Assembly (NCBI GenBank): GCA_963704655.1
Contig: OY969927.1
Coordinates: forward strand, 672,001-736,000
Source of the DNA: an uncultured Candidatus Babeliaceae bacterium
Lineage (GTDB): Bacteria; Babelota; Babeliae; Babelales; Babelaceae
DNA: 64,000 nucleotides
Direction: 5' to 3'
Shown: one piece after another, positions 1 to 9,714 of the stretch
Layout of the letters: each line of letters begins with the position of its first letter
How positions within the stretch are numbered: the stretch's first letter is position 1
Translations under genes and position numbers: made by a program
Notes under the pieces: model-generated
The model's database searches: none
Told to the model about the DNA's origin: nothing
The model's input: the letters and a program-made list of their open reading frames with translations, nothing else

Positions 1-30
1 CTAAAAAATATTAAAGAAAAAGTAAAAACC

Positions 31-2316
31 ATGAAAAAATTACTTATTGTAGAATCACCCGCAAAGATTAAAACGATCTCCAAGTTTCTTGGGAAAGACT
101 TTGTTATTCTCAGTACCGTAGGCCATGTAAAAGACCTGCCTCAAAAAGAACTAGGTATTGATATAAAGCCTTCAGATAAAGGCGACGGCACTATTGATCT
201 TACCTATACGGTGCTGGATAAAAAAGACAAGATTATTGCCGATATCTGCAAAGCAGCCCGCACAGCAGATGAGATATACCTGGCGCCCGATCCTGATAGA
301 GAGGGTGAAATTATCGCCTGGCATATAGCCCAAGAGATCCAAAAAGTTATTAAAGACCCAAGCATTATCCACCGTATAACTTTTAATGAAATTACTAAAA
401 CGGCAATTGAAAATGCGATTAAACACCCTGGCGTTATTGATGAAAATAAAGTTGGTGCACAACAAGCCCGCCGTATTTTGGACCGCCTTGTGGGATATGA
501 AGTTTCACCAATTTTATGGCGCAAAATAAGCAAAGGCCTTTCTGCCGGGCGCGTACAATCGGTAGCGCTCAAGCTTATTTGCGACCGTGAAGAAGCAATC
601 AGAAACTTTAAGCCAGAAGAATATTGGTCGGTTCATGGCACATTTGATTATGAAAAACAGAAATTTACCGCGCAACTCAGCCAAATAAATAAGAAAAAGG
701 CTGACATTAAAGATGAGGCTACCGCCCTTGGTATAGTTGATAAGGCAAACAAAGGCTCCTATCTTATAGACTCTATTAAAGATTCTGCACGTTCACGTTC
801 AGCAGGTGCGCCTTTTATAACCAGCTCCTTACAACAGGCTGCTTATAATAATCTTGGTTTTTCTGTACAAAAAACAATGCAAGTTGCTCAAAAGCTTTAT
901 GAAGGTATTCCGTTAGAAGATAGTTCAACGCCTGTTGCATTAATCACCTACATGCGTACCGATTCTCCACGAATTGCCGATAGCGCTATTAAAGAAGTTC
1001 GTACGCTTATTAAAGATAATTATGGTGCAGATTATTTACCTGGCAAATCGTTAATTTATGCAAAAAGTGGCGGCCAAGATGCCCACGAAGCGATTCGCCC
1101 GATTTCAGTAGAAATGGCACCTGAATATGTAAAAAAATATGCTTCAAGCGATGAAGCAAAGTTGTATGAACTTATCTGGAAACGCTTTGTTGCCTGCCAA
1201 ATGAAACCGGCAGAATATGCACAACGCGCGGTTACTATTGCCGGCGATAATGGCCTAGTATTTAAAGTAACAGGTTCAACATTAATGTTTGATGGTTTTT
1301 TACGCGTTTATGCTGAACCAGAAGAGTCTGCCGATGGCGGGACAGGTGAGACTCAAGACCCTGAAAAAGTTACTATTCCAAAAGGCTTAACAGAAAAAGC
1401 TCAAGTAGGTCTTGATAAAGTTAACCCTAAACAGCACTTTACTCAACCACCGGCACGCTTTACTGAAGGGTCATTGGTTAAAGAGCTAGAAAAAGAGGGA
1501 ATTGGCCGACCAAGTACCTATGCAACCATTATGAAAACCATTCAAGCGCGTTCGTATACGTCACTTGATACCAAAAAGAAATTTATTCCTACCGAGCTTG
1601 GCATGGCAGTTACTAAGATATTAACTGAAAACCTGCCTAAAATTATGAGTACACAATTTACGGCGGTTATGGAAGAGGATCTTGATAAAATCGCGCATGG
1701 GCAAATGAAGCGTAACACGCTTATTTTTGAATTTTATGCGCCGTTTTCTGAAGATCTTGAAAAGTTCCGTGGCGAAAAGGGAAAACAGGTAGAAATTACT
1801 GATATTACTTGCCCAGAATGCAAAAAACATAAACTTGCTATTCGCTTTGGCAAAACCGGTTCATTTGTTGGCTGTTTGGGCTACCCTGAATGTAAATTCA
1901 CCAGCAACTTTGAACGCGACGAATCTGGTGTCATTAAACTTGTCACGGCACAAGCACCAAAATTACTTGAAGAGGCCTGTCCACAATGCGGCAAACCACT
2001 ACGTAGCATGGTTGGCAGATACGGACCATTTATCGCCTGCTCTGGTTACCCTGAGTGTAAATATATCCACACAGTTAAAGCCAACTTCCCCTGCCCAAGT
2101 GACGGCGGGCAAGTTATTGAACGCTCATGGAAAGGCAAAAAGTTCTGGGGCTGTAAAAATTACCCGAAATGTAAATTTAGTATTTCTGGCGAAATTGAAC
2201 AGACTAAATGCCCTAAATGTAAAAAACAGCCTTACTTATTAAAGCGATTTAATAAAGATGAGACGGTTACACTTACGTGTCCGGATAAAGAGTGCGGATA
2301 TTCAAAAACTGAATAA
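31..2316 (+). CDS. topA: DNA topoisomerase I (type IA) with C-terminal Zn ribbons
   Basis: LIVESPAK, DPDREGE (TOPRIM), SAGRVQS, ITYMRTD catalytic Tyr, GIGRPSTY; CxxC..GC..YP.C zinc ribbons. Confidence 0.98.
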   Translation: MKKLLIVESPAKIKTISKFLGKDFVILSTVGHVKDLPQKELGIDIKPSDKGDGTIDLTYTVLDKKDKIIADICKAARTADEIYLAPDPDREGEIIAWHIAQEIQKVIKDPSIIHRITFNEITKTAIENAIKHPGVIDENKVGAQQARRILDRLVGYEVSPILWRKISKGLSAGRVQSVALKLICDREEAIRNFKPEEYWSVHGTFDYEKQKFTAQLSQINKKKADIKDEATALGIVDKANKGSYLIDSIKDSARSRSAGAPFITSSLQQAAYNNLGFSVQKTMQVAQKLYEGIPLEDSSTPVALITYMRTDSPRIADSAIKEVRTLIKDNYGADYLPGKSLIYAKSGGQDAHEAIRPISVEMAPEYVKKYASSDEAKLYELIWKRFVACQMKPAEYAQRAVTIAGDNGLVFKVTGSTLMFDGFLRVYAEPEESADGGTGETQDPEKVTIPKGLTEKAQVGLDKVNPKQHFTQPPARFTEGSLVKELEKEGIGRPSTYATIMKTIQARSYTSLDTKKKFIPTELGMAVTKILTENLPKIMSTQFTAVMEEDLDKIAHGQMKRNTLIFEFYAPFSEDLEKFRGEKGKQVEITDITCPECKKHKLAIRFGKTGSFVGCLGYPECKFTSNFERDESGVIKLVTAQAPKLLEEACPQCGKPLRSMVGRYGPFIACSGYPECKYIHTVKANFPCPSDGGQVIERSWKGKKFWGCKNYPKCKFSISGEIEQTKCPKCKKQPYLLKRFNKDETVTLTCPDKECGYSKTE

Positions 2317-2348
2317 AAAAAAGGCCCCGGAAATTTTCCGGGGCCTTT
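2317..2348. terminator. Bidirectional intrinsic terminator
   Basis: aaaaaaaggccccggaaaa-ttttccggggccttt inverted repeat between convergent genes. Confidence 0.85.
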
Positions 2349-2368
2349 CAAAATCTACTTAAGAATTA

Positions 2369-2743
2369 TTATCGTAAATTTTCGATAATCTCTTCAGCTT
2401 CTTCAAGATCTTCTTCTGTCTGGCCGATAGCCTCTTTAATATCTTCAAGAGATTCTTCTATTTCTTCAACCATATCCTGAATTTGAGAAATAGCTGTCTT
2501 TGAGTTATCCAAAAGCTCGGCTAGCGCATCAAGATGCTCTTCTAAATCTTCAAAATACTCTTCTTGGCAAGATTCTTCGCACGTACCTTCTTGGCAACTT
2601 TCTTGCTCTTGAACTTCTTCTTCCTGGTTACATGGACAATTCTCGCATGAACAAGCATTATTCGGCTTTAAGCCCTTTAATTTATTAAAAAAAAGCTTCT
2701 CTTTTAATAAGTTTTTCTCTTTATTATTACAATTCCAACACAT
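2369..2743 (-). CDS. Hypothetical protein, Cys-rich N-terminus and very acidic coiled-coil C-terminus
   Basis: 124-aa ORF; G-rich RBS (aaggggggtattATG); heptad-like E/L pattern. Confidence 0.65.
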   Translation of the reverse strand: MCWNCNNKEKNLLKEKLFFNKLKGLKPNNACSCENCPCNQEEEVQEQESCQEGTCEESCQEEYFEDLEEHLDALAELLDNSKTAISQIQDMVEEIEESLEDIKEAIGQTEEDLEEAEEIIENLR

Positions 2744-2854
2744 AATACCCCCTTTTTTTTGATTATTATTGATTATATACTTACTATTCAGCTTAACAAA
2801 AAGCTCAACTGAAAATCAATAGTTTTATCAAAAAAAGCCCATAATTAAAGCGTA

Positions 2855-3661
2855 TTATACTAAAAGCTCGGGTCGATACTCAAAGTGCATCGTATCGAAA
2901 TGCTTCCACTTGCCGCCCCAGATAAACCCATGTTTTTCAAAAATCAGGACAATTTCCCAGGGAATTCTGTTTTTATAGGAAACAGGCATATCTTCTGTTA
3001 CCGTGATACCCTGATCTTCTAGATCCCACTGCCAATAATCAGAATAGTCGGTATTAATATCAATGGTCATACCAAAGCTATGGGCACTAAGTCTATGTGT
3101 ATTGGCTATTTTGCGCCATTTGAAAGTACCACCTGGCTTTTCAAGAAAAACTTTATATTCTGGCTTTTCATGAACTAATTTTTCTAACTCTTTAGAAATA
3201 CTTTTTAATTTCTTATGGACACCATTTACTGTTGTAACCATAAGCTTATAACGTTTTTTACCAAAAATTCCTGGCATCCACCGAATTTCCACAAGATGCT
3301 TTTCAACATTCTTTTCTGAATCACCATACATCTTGCAAAAAAATGGCGTATATCGCACACGCCCCGGGTCATCTTGTGGAATATAATCCTGTATATTTTC
3401 AGTCAAACCAGAATGATACGTAATATCTTTAACCTGATCGATTAATTCTGCATGATTTAATTTTTGTGCTGTAGTTTTAAAAGCTTTAACATCACCCACC
3501 GGCATCTGCGTGCCATCGTGCCAGGTGATATATGTTTCAGAGATTGCCTGAATATAATCCGGATACGCTTTTTGTAATCGCTCAAGATCAGAAATTGCTG
3601 ATGCCTGTACGGTACACAACACAAAAAGTATAAGTAATCTATTAATTTTTTTTATCATCAT
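2855..3661 (-). CDS. Secreted M15-family metallopeptidase (D,D-carboxypeptidase / L,D-endopeptidase-like)
   Basis: Signal peptide; SAHSFGMTIDIN, WGGKW, DTMHFEY zinc motifs; start codon uncertain (3661 or 3673). Confidence 0.88.
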   Translation of the reverse strand: MMIKKINRLLILFVLCTVQASAISDLERLQKAYPDYIQAISETYITWHDGTQMPVGDVKAFKTTAQKLNHAELIDQVKDITYHSGLTENIQDYIPQDDPGRVRYTPFFCKMYGDSEKNVEKHLVEIRWMPGIFGKKRYKLMVTTVNGVHKKLKSISKELEKLVHEKPEYKVFLEKPGGTFKWRKIANTHRLSAHSFGMTIDINTDYSDYWQWDLEDQGITVTEDMPVSYKNRIPWEIVLIFEKHGFIWGGKWKHFDTMHFEYRPELLV

Positions 3662-3805
3662 ACGATTTTCCAACCAGGGTTACAACGCTACATTAATAAT
3701 AAAAAAATAACAGTCCCAAAGTCAATAAATTATATATTAGAAAATAATTATTCAAATTTGTCGATAACAACGTATATACTTTAAATACCTAGATAGTATA
3801 AAAAA

Positions 3806-4714
3806 ATGAAAGAAAAGATCATGAAAAAAGTATTAGGTATGATTCTTAATTTTTTATCGTTAAGTATATGGTGCAATAACCCCGTTAAAATTGCTATCAC
3901 TATTGATGATCAGCCAATGGGTAATACAGCTTTATTTACTGCAACAAAAAGAACTCATAGATTCATTGCCACATGCGCAGCCCACCATTGCAAAGCAGCT
4001 TTCTTTTGCGTGGGGGATTCATGCACCCAAAATCAAACAACACTCGACACATTATCAGAATTAAATAAACATGGTCATTTTCTTGCAAATCATTCCAAGA
4101 CACATAGCTTTTTAAGTAAAATACCACTTTCAGAATTTGAAAATGAGATCATTGAGACTGAAAAAATTTTAAAACCCTACAATAACATGAGAAAATGGTT
4201 CCGTTACCCATATCTTGATTATGGACATGAAAAAAAGCGTGGGGGATCACCAGAAAAAAAAGCTGCCGGGTTAAAAATCTTACAAGATCTTGGATACACA
4301 GATGGGTTTGTCTCTATTAATACATTTGATTGGTATATAGATAAAAAACTGAACGATGCCATTAAACAAAAAGATCTTATAGATTACACGGCATTAAAAA
4401 GAGTGTATTTAGAACTATTAAAAGAATGGTCAGAATTCTATATTGAGCTTTACAGAAAAGAGCTGCAACAAGATATTACCCATACTCTTTTATTACATGC
4501 AAACGATATCAACGCACTTTATTTAGATGATATCTTAAATATGATCAAAGAGTCTGGTTGGGATATCGTATCACCTGAGATGGCATTCCAAGATCTTTCA
4601 TGGAAAAGTAAAGTTGAAAACTTTGAACGACTTGGTGATGACCCAGCAACGCTCAACTATGCTTCAATAAACGATAGATTAGAAAAAGCGAACGTATTTA
4701 CAAAACGGGCGTAA
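3806..4714 (+). CDS. Polysaccharide deacetylase (NodB/CE4)
   Basis: AITIDD, NHSKTH, FRYPYL, LLLH motifs; signal peptide. Confidence 0.9.
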   Translation: MKEKIMKKVLGMILNFLSLSIWCNNPVKIAITIDDQPMGNTALFTATKRTHRFIATCAAHHCKAAFFCVGDSCTQNQTTLDTLSELNKHGHFLANHSKTHSFLSKIPLSEFENEIIETEKILKPYNNMRKWFRYPYLDYGHEKKRGGSPEKKAAGLKILQDLGYTDGFVSINTFDWYIDKKLNDAIKQKDLIDYTALKRVYLELLKEWSEFYIELYRKELQQDITHTLLLHANDINALYLDDILNMIKESGWDIVSPEMAFQDLSWKSKVENFERLGDDPATLNYASINDRLEKANVFTKRA

Positions 4715-5354
4715 ACTGGGCAAGGTTATTAATCCCAAGCTCTTTTTCTAGCTGTTCTACTTGTTTTAATACGCCATAAAAGCCATGCTTACCAAAAAGG
4801 TCATATTCCAGATCTTCTGATTTTTCACCCAGATCATCAAATTCAGCCTGCGTAATCAGCGAACGCACTGCAGAAAAAAGCTCGGTGTCTTCACGCGCTT
4901 CATGCGGACGATACATGTTTATAAATTTTTTCAGTAAATTTTTAATGGTTCTTAACGTTTTTTGATCACGCTTTGATGATTGGCACAGCACTTTTAATTG
5001 AGCCGTAATTGCACGACCTTTTGTATGCTGGTCACGCAATGTTTTGGTTAACCCTGATTTTTTGTTATTTTTTTCAAAAATGGGAAAGATATATTGCTCT
5101 TCAATTTTTTCATGATAATTTTCAATGAATTGCTCAATAATAGTAACTGCACGCAAGAGTATCTGCGCTGGAAAATCTTTTCTATCAATTCTTTTGATTA
5201 TTTCTTCGTAAACTAATAGTACTCGGTTTAAAAGACCATGCTCCCGCATAAGATCTTCTGTTATAGGAATATCTTGGGGATTAATCTTTTTATCAACATC
5301 AGCAAAAATCATGCCGAAACCAATAACACTTGTTATAAAAAATCTTAATTTCAT
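4698..5354 (-). CDS. Hemerythrin/HHE cation-binding domain protein
   Basis: LMREHGLL, YHEKIEE..IFP, DQH, HEAREDTELF. Confidence 0.85.
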   Translation of the reverse strand: MKLRFFITSVIGFGMIFADVDKKINPQDIPITEDLMREHGLLNRVLLVYEEIIKRIDRKDFPAQILLRAVTIIEQFIENYHEKIEEQYIFPIFEKNNKKSGLTKTLRDQHTKGRAITAQLKVLCQSSKRDQKTLRTIKNLLKKFINMYRPHEAREDTELFSAVRSLITQAEFDDLGEKSEDLEYDLFGKHGFYGVLKQVEQLEKELGINNLAQFTPVL

Positions 5355-5494
5355 AATACCACTCTATTCTTGTTAACTTGATACTAGCGTTACATAAAAA
5401 AGCGCTTAAAAACAACATTTGGCATCTTGCGCAGTTGATATATACTAATATAAAACATTAAATAAACTAAAAAATAGCCTTTTAAACGTGAAAT

Positions 5495-6415
5495 ATGAAA
5501 CACCCTTACAAAATTTTATGCTTAATATCAGCACTTACAACAAGCATAAGTTATTCGGCAGATTTAACCGTTAAATCTTTATCTAAAGAAGAAGCTATAA
5601 GCAAAATGTATCTTCAAGACAGATTCCCAAGTTATTTATCCGCACTCACTCAGGGTAGAAATAGAGTAACCTATGATAATGACCGTAAAAACTATTCCAT
5701 AACATTTGATAATGAATATTTCACCTCAAACATCTTTGCCCTTAACCCTGAAGCAACCGTTTGCGCATGGGATACTGCTACTGGCATTAGAGATTGGCGA
5801 TCGCTTATTATAGCAAATCTTCAAACGGGAGAAAAAACAACTTTAAAAGAAAGTCACTATGAAAAGCTTCATGCATTATGTATAAATGATGCTGGGGATA
5901 AAATTATAACTATTCAGCCAGATAAAATTTTGATTTCTTTTTTAGAAATTGTTAATAACAGAATATCGCTAAAATATAAAATAAAAGTCGACGTACTCCC
6001 TAAAGAACAGTCTTTTAAATACTGCTTAACTACCTTCTCTCCAACAGGTGATACTTTTGCAGTAACCAGTGATTCAGAAAATAAAGTATTAGACATTTAC
6101 TCAATTATAGAAAAAAAGATAACTTTTCAAAGATCCATCGAGGTTATAACTGAGGACAAAATCTCCGACATCTGCTTAATTTCTGATGGTTTGTTGGTAA
6201 ATAATGCTGATTCAAATATATTATTTTCCCAAAGTAATCTTGATAACCTTCAAAGTACTAAGTTGCCAGTAACATCAATAAAAAAAATATGCCGCTCAAG
6301 CAGCAACCCAGAGAGTGTTATAGCAATAACGGAAAAAGACGATCAACACATGTTTTTTGAAGTGACTCTCAATAGAAACAACAAGAACCCAAAAAAAAGA
6401 GCCCACGAAGAATAA
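5495..6415 (+). CDS. Secreted WD40/beta-propeller-like hypothetical protein
   Basis: Signal peptide; AWDTATG, FSPTGDTFAV blade-like motifs. Confidence 0.6.
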   Translation: MKHPYKILCLISALTTSISYSADLTVKSLSKEEAISKMYLQDRFPSYLSALTQGRNRVTYDNDRKNYSITFDNEYFTSNIFALNPEATVCAWDTATGIRDWRSLIIANLQTGEKTTLKESHYEKLHALCINDAGDKIITIQPDKILISFLEIVNNRISLKYKIKVDVLPKEQSFKYCLTTFSPTGDTFAVTSDSENKVLDIYSIIEKKITFQRSIEVITEDKISDICLISDGLLVNNADSNILFSQSNLDNLQSTKLPVTSIKKICRSSSNPESVIAITEKDDQHMFFEVTLNRNNKNPKKRAHEE

Positions 6416-6431
6416 ACCGCAGGCTCTTTTT
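6391..6431. terminator. Bidirectional terminator
   Basis: aaaaaaaagagcc...ggctcttttt inverted repeat with A/T tails. Confidence 0.65.
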
Positions 6432-6439
6432 ATGCTCAA

Positions 6440-7603
6440 TTATGACAACTGCGCGCCGTTTGGAACAGCATGTTCAGGCGCAATAAAAATTAATCGCTCT
6501 ATAGATATTTTAGTCTCACTGGCTAATGCGAGAATCATATTATCTGGGGACCATGCAGCATGGGCAATTTGATTTTGATATTCACAAGTAAAAAAATGTT
6601 CAGGTTCTTTTTTATTTCTGACATTGAAAAATTCTAAATTATCAGGATGCTTTGTGTTAGTAATTGCAAAATACGAATCATCTGGAGAGAATACCACAGG
6701 AGTCTCATTTTTTCCACGAACACCTTCAGTGTGATAAACCACATCCCAATTATTGCTTCTATAAATTTCAAGGTTTCTTATATAATTGCGCGGCTCTGTA
6801 CCTGAATGCGGGCCAGGAATTTCAGGAACAAATTTTTTAGACTCAACGTAAAAATACCCACCTTTAGGGGACCATTCATAAGACGTTGGCCAAAATCCTT
6901 CAGAAAATTTAAATGATTTAACCATATCGCCATCTTTTTCTGCCACATGTAAAGAAACACTCTTTTTATTATCATTAACTGTTTTAACAACATAAGCGCA
7001 CAAATTATGCTCATGAGAAGTCGCAACAAAAGCGGCATCAGCTCTTTGTAAAATAGTTGCAGGAAGTGTCAATTCTTTATTTTGGCGTACATTAAAAAGA
7101 TGAGTGTCTCCTGTTTCAATAACATCATCAAAAACCCATTTGTTCCAACCATCTTTAATCAACACTTTTGTTTGGGTTTCGATATCCCAAAAATGTACCC
7201 TATGGCAATGATTAACTGAAAGAATTTTTCCATCGGGTGAAAAACTAACAGAAATTTTAGGATCTCTGTTTCGTTCCGCTTCAATAGACCAATGCTTAAT
7301 TGCTCGATCATCAACTATGTCGCAGACTCTAATAGTTGCCTTGTATTCATCATCATCCACCCATGAACAAATTGCATAACTTTTGCCATCTGGTGCCAAA
7401 TCTAAATCCAGACCTCTAAGAAGACTACTTTCATTGTTTTCCAGATTGTATCTTGTCATCTCCCACCCAGATAATTTCCAAACAAGAGCAGCAAGAACTC
7501 TTTCTTTAGACCATACCAATTTTTTAATCTCCGAAACTTCAGAACAAAAAAGTGTTTTCAAGGTAAAAAGCATACCAATCAATACTAACGTCACTTTTTT
7601 CAT
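6440..7603 (-). CDS. Secreted WD40-repeat protein, C-terminally fused to a MetG 3' remnant
   Basis: Signal peptide MKKVTLVLIG; repeated FSPDG/WSPKG/WSPD motifs; ends PEHAVPNGAQLS exactly like MetG. Confidence 0.8.
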   Translation of the reverse strand: MKKVTLVLIGMLFTLKTLFCSEVSEIKKLVWSKERVLAALVWKLSGWEMTRYNLENNESSLLRGLDLDLAPDGKSYAICSWVDDDEYKATIRVCDIVDDRAIKHWSIEAERNRDPKISVSFSPDGKILSVNHCHRVHFWDIETQTKVLIKDGWNKWVFDDVIETGDTHLFNVRQNKELTLPATILQRADAAFVATSHEHNLCAYVVKTVNDNKKSVSLHVAEKDGDMVKSFKFSEGFWPTSYEWSPKGGYFYVESKKFVPEIPGPHSGTEPRNYIRNLEIYRSNNWDVVYHTEGVRGKNETPVVFSPDDSYFAITNTKHPDNLEFFNVRNKKEPEHFFTCEYQNQIAHAAWSPDNMILALASETKISIERLIFIAPEHAVPNGAQLS

Positions 7604-7636
7604 GTTACCCTGCTTAGTAATGTACAAGATCATTAT

Positions 7637-9574
7637 TTACGATAATTGTGCGCCGTTTGGAACTGCGTGCTCAGGTGAAATTAAAACCAACTGTTCTTGC
7701 ACGTCTTTGGCAAAAAGCATCATGCCCTGTGATTCAAGGCCCATCATTTTACGTGGCGCCAAATTAAAGACAAAGAGACCCTGCCTGTTTAAAATCTGCT
7801 CAGGTGTGAAAAACTTACGAATACCAGAAAGTATTTGGCGTACGCCGTGCGGACCAAAGTTTACCTTAAGAATATAAAGTTTGTCAGATTTTTCGAGCAC
7901 TTGAACATCTTCAATAGTGCCAACACGTAATTCAACTTTTGCAAAATCATCAATAGTAATTGTTGGAGTAACAGTAGTTTCTGGTATCATAGCGGTCTCT
8001 TGCGTTTCTGGTTTTATTTCAATCTTATTAAACAATATTTCACCCTGCGTAAGCACAAACGTGTCGTTCCAAGGGTGTGAAAGCAATGCGGCAAAAGCAC
8101 CTTGTTCAGTGTTTATCTTTTTGCCAAGCTGTGAAAGCAATTGCTCCATTTTTTTTGGCATTAATGGCCAACACATATGTGCAATAGCATATAGTGCATG
8201 GCACGTTGCAGAAATAACTTCTGCAAATTTTTGTGGCTCAGGATGAGCCCCGCTCATAAGTTTCCAGGGCTGCTGGTTATGGAAATATTTATTCACGTCA
8301 TGCACATATTCCCACACATCTGCATACGCACGGTTCATATAACCCGCTTCCATCTCTTTCATAAAACGAACGATAATATTTTTACCCGTTTCATGAAGTG
8401 CAACAGATTCTGCAGACCACGTTTGTGGTGGCGTAACCGTTGCCACATTATATTTTAAAGCAAGCGTTATGGTGCGGTTAAGTAAATTACCAAGGTCATG
8501 CGCCAAGTCTGAATTAATCCGTTGTTCAAGTTCAGCGTAGGTAAAAGGCGAATCTTGTGTAATGGCCAAATGGCGAACTAAATAGTAACGTACTTGGTCA
8601 ACGCCATACGTTCCAGCAAGCTCAATCGGGTCAACTGCGTTCCCGCGAGATTTTGACATTTTATGCTCGCCGATTTTTATCCAACCGTGCACCAACAGTT
8701 TTTTTGGCATCTGTAGATCACTTGCCATCAAAAATGCTGGCCAATAAACGGCGTGAAAGCGGACTATATCTTTACCAAGCACCTGTAAATCTGCGGGCCA
8801 CCAGAAATTGAACTCCTGCTCTTTGCCCGGGGTACCATAACCAACACCGGTAATATAGTTATTAAGAGCATCTGCCCAAACATAGGTAACATGTTTATTA
8901 TCGCCAGGAAACGGGATTCCCCAAGAAATAGTGGTGCGTGAAATGGAAAGGTCCTTAAGGCCAGATTGCACAAAGCTGACAACTTCCGCCATACGCTCTT
9001 TTGGTGTAATAAAATCTGGGTTATCTTTATAAAATTGTAATAATCTATCTTGGTATGAAGATAATTTAAAAAAGTATGACTCTTCTGAAACATATTCTGT
9101 TACACGGCCACACGTCGGACATAAGGGAATATTTTCTGTAATCGTGTGCGGCATGTCCTTTTCAGTTACGAACGTTTCACATGGCGTACAGTAAAAACCG
9201 GCATAGTGTGATTTGTAGATATCACCCTTTTCAATTAAGCGCTTTATCCAGGCCTGAACAGCTTTCATGTGGTCAGCATCTGTAGTGCGGATAAATTTGG
9301 TGTAATCGATATTGTATAATTTCCAAGCATCTTTATAAGGCGCAATAAAACTATCAACAAACTCTTTTGGTTGTTTGCCGGCTGCTTGAGCAGCTTGCGC
9401 TATTTTTTGGCCATGTTCGTCAGTTCCCGTCAAAAAAAATACTTTTTTATTTTGGAGCTTATTATAACGAGCCGCAACATCTGCAAGCAGCGTTGAATAG
9501 AGTGAGCCTAAATGCGGTCGGGCATTAACATAATAAATGGGGGTTGTTACATAAAATTTATTTTTTTCTGACAT
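7637..9574 (-). CDS. metG: Methionyl-tRNA synthetase with C-terminal tRNA-binding OB domain
   Basis: TTPIYYVN..HLG, GTDEHG, KMSKS, DDFAKVELRVG, NLAPRKMMGLESQGM. Confidence 0.98.
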   Translation of the reverse strand: MSEKNKFYVTTPIYYVNARPHLGSLYSTLLADVAARYNKLQNKKVFFLTGTDEHGQKIAQAAQAAGKQPKEFVDSFIAPYKDAWKLYNIDYTKFIRTTDADHMKAVQAWIKRLIEKGDIYKSHYAGFYCTPCETFVTEKDMPHTITENIPLCPTCGRVTEYVSEESYFFKLSSYQDRLLQFYKDNPDFITPKERMAEVVSFVQSGLKDLSISRTTISWGIPFPGDNKHVTYVWADALNNYITGVGYGTPGKEQEFNFWWPADLQVLGKDIVRFHAVYWPAFLMASDLQMPKKLLVHGWIKIGEHKMSKSRGNAVDPIELAGTYGVDQVRYYLVRHLAITQDSPFTYAELEQRINSDLAHDLGNLLNRTITLALKYNVATVTPPQTWSAESVALHETGKNIIVRFMKEMEAGYMNRAYADVWEYVHDVNKYFHNQQPWKLMSGAHPEPQKFAEVISATCHALYAIAHMCWPLMPKKMEQLLSQLGKKINTEQGAFAALLSHPWNDTFVLTQGEILFNKIEIKPETQETAMIPETTVTPTITIDDFAKVELRVGTIEDVQVLEKSDKLYILKVNFGPHGVRQILSGIRKFFTPEQILNRQGLFVFNLAPRKMMGLESQGMMLFAKDVQEQLVLISPEHAVPNGAQLS

Positions 9575-9609
9575 AATATCTACCTAAATTAAAAAAGGCT
9601 TATTCTACT

Positions 9610-9640
9610 CGCTCATCCTGAGCTCGTCGAAGGGTTAGCG
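9610..9640 (+). repeat. REP-like palindromic repeat, family A (CGCTCAtCCTGAGCnnGTCGAAGGGTT)
   Basis: Near-identical copies at 18645, 39359 (reverse), 57024 and 60848 (reverse). Confidence 0.85.
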
Positions 9641-9646
9641 AGATTG

Positions 9647-9690
9647 AAAAGAGCCCATGGAAATTAATAGTATCTCCAAGGGCTCTTTTT
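9647..9690 (-). terminator. Intrinsic terminator of the 15826-9715 operon
   Basis: aaaagagccc...gggctctttt inverted repeat. Confidence 0.65.
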
Positions 9691-9714
9691 AGTATAGCAG
9701 TAAAATAGAATTAA

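Noticed and set aside
2542-2658. Histone-like Lys-rich peptide (RKKKFKSKKVAKKVRAKNLAKK) in another minus-strand frame
   Set aside because: Only 38 codons with no clear RBS; it is the expected frame shadow of GAA-rich Glu codons in the 124-aa ORF, which has a good RBS.
6440-7696. Diversity-generating retroelement TR/VR pair as an explanation for the near-identical tails
   Set aside because: No reverse transcriptase in the window; differences are synonymous third-position changes, not adenine-specific.
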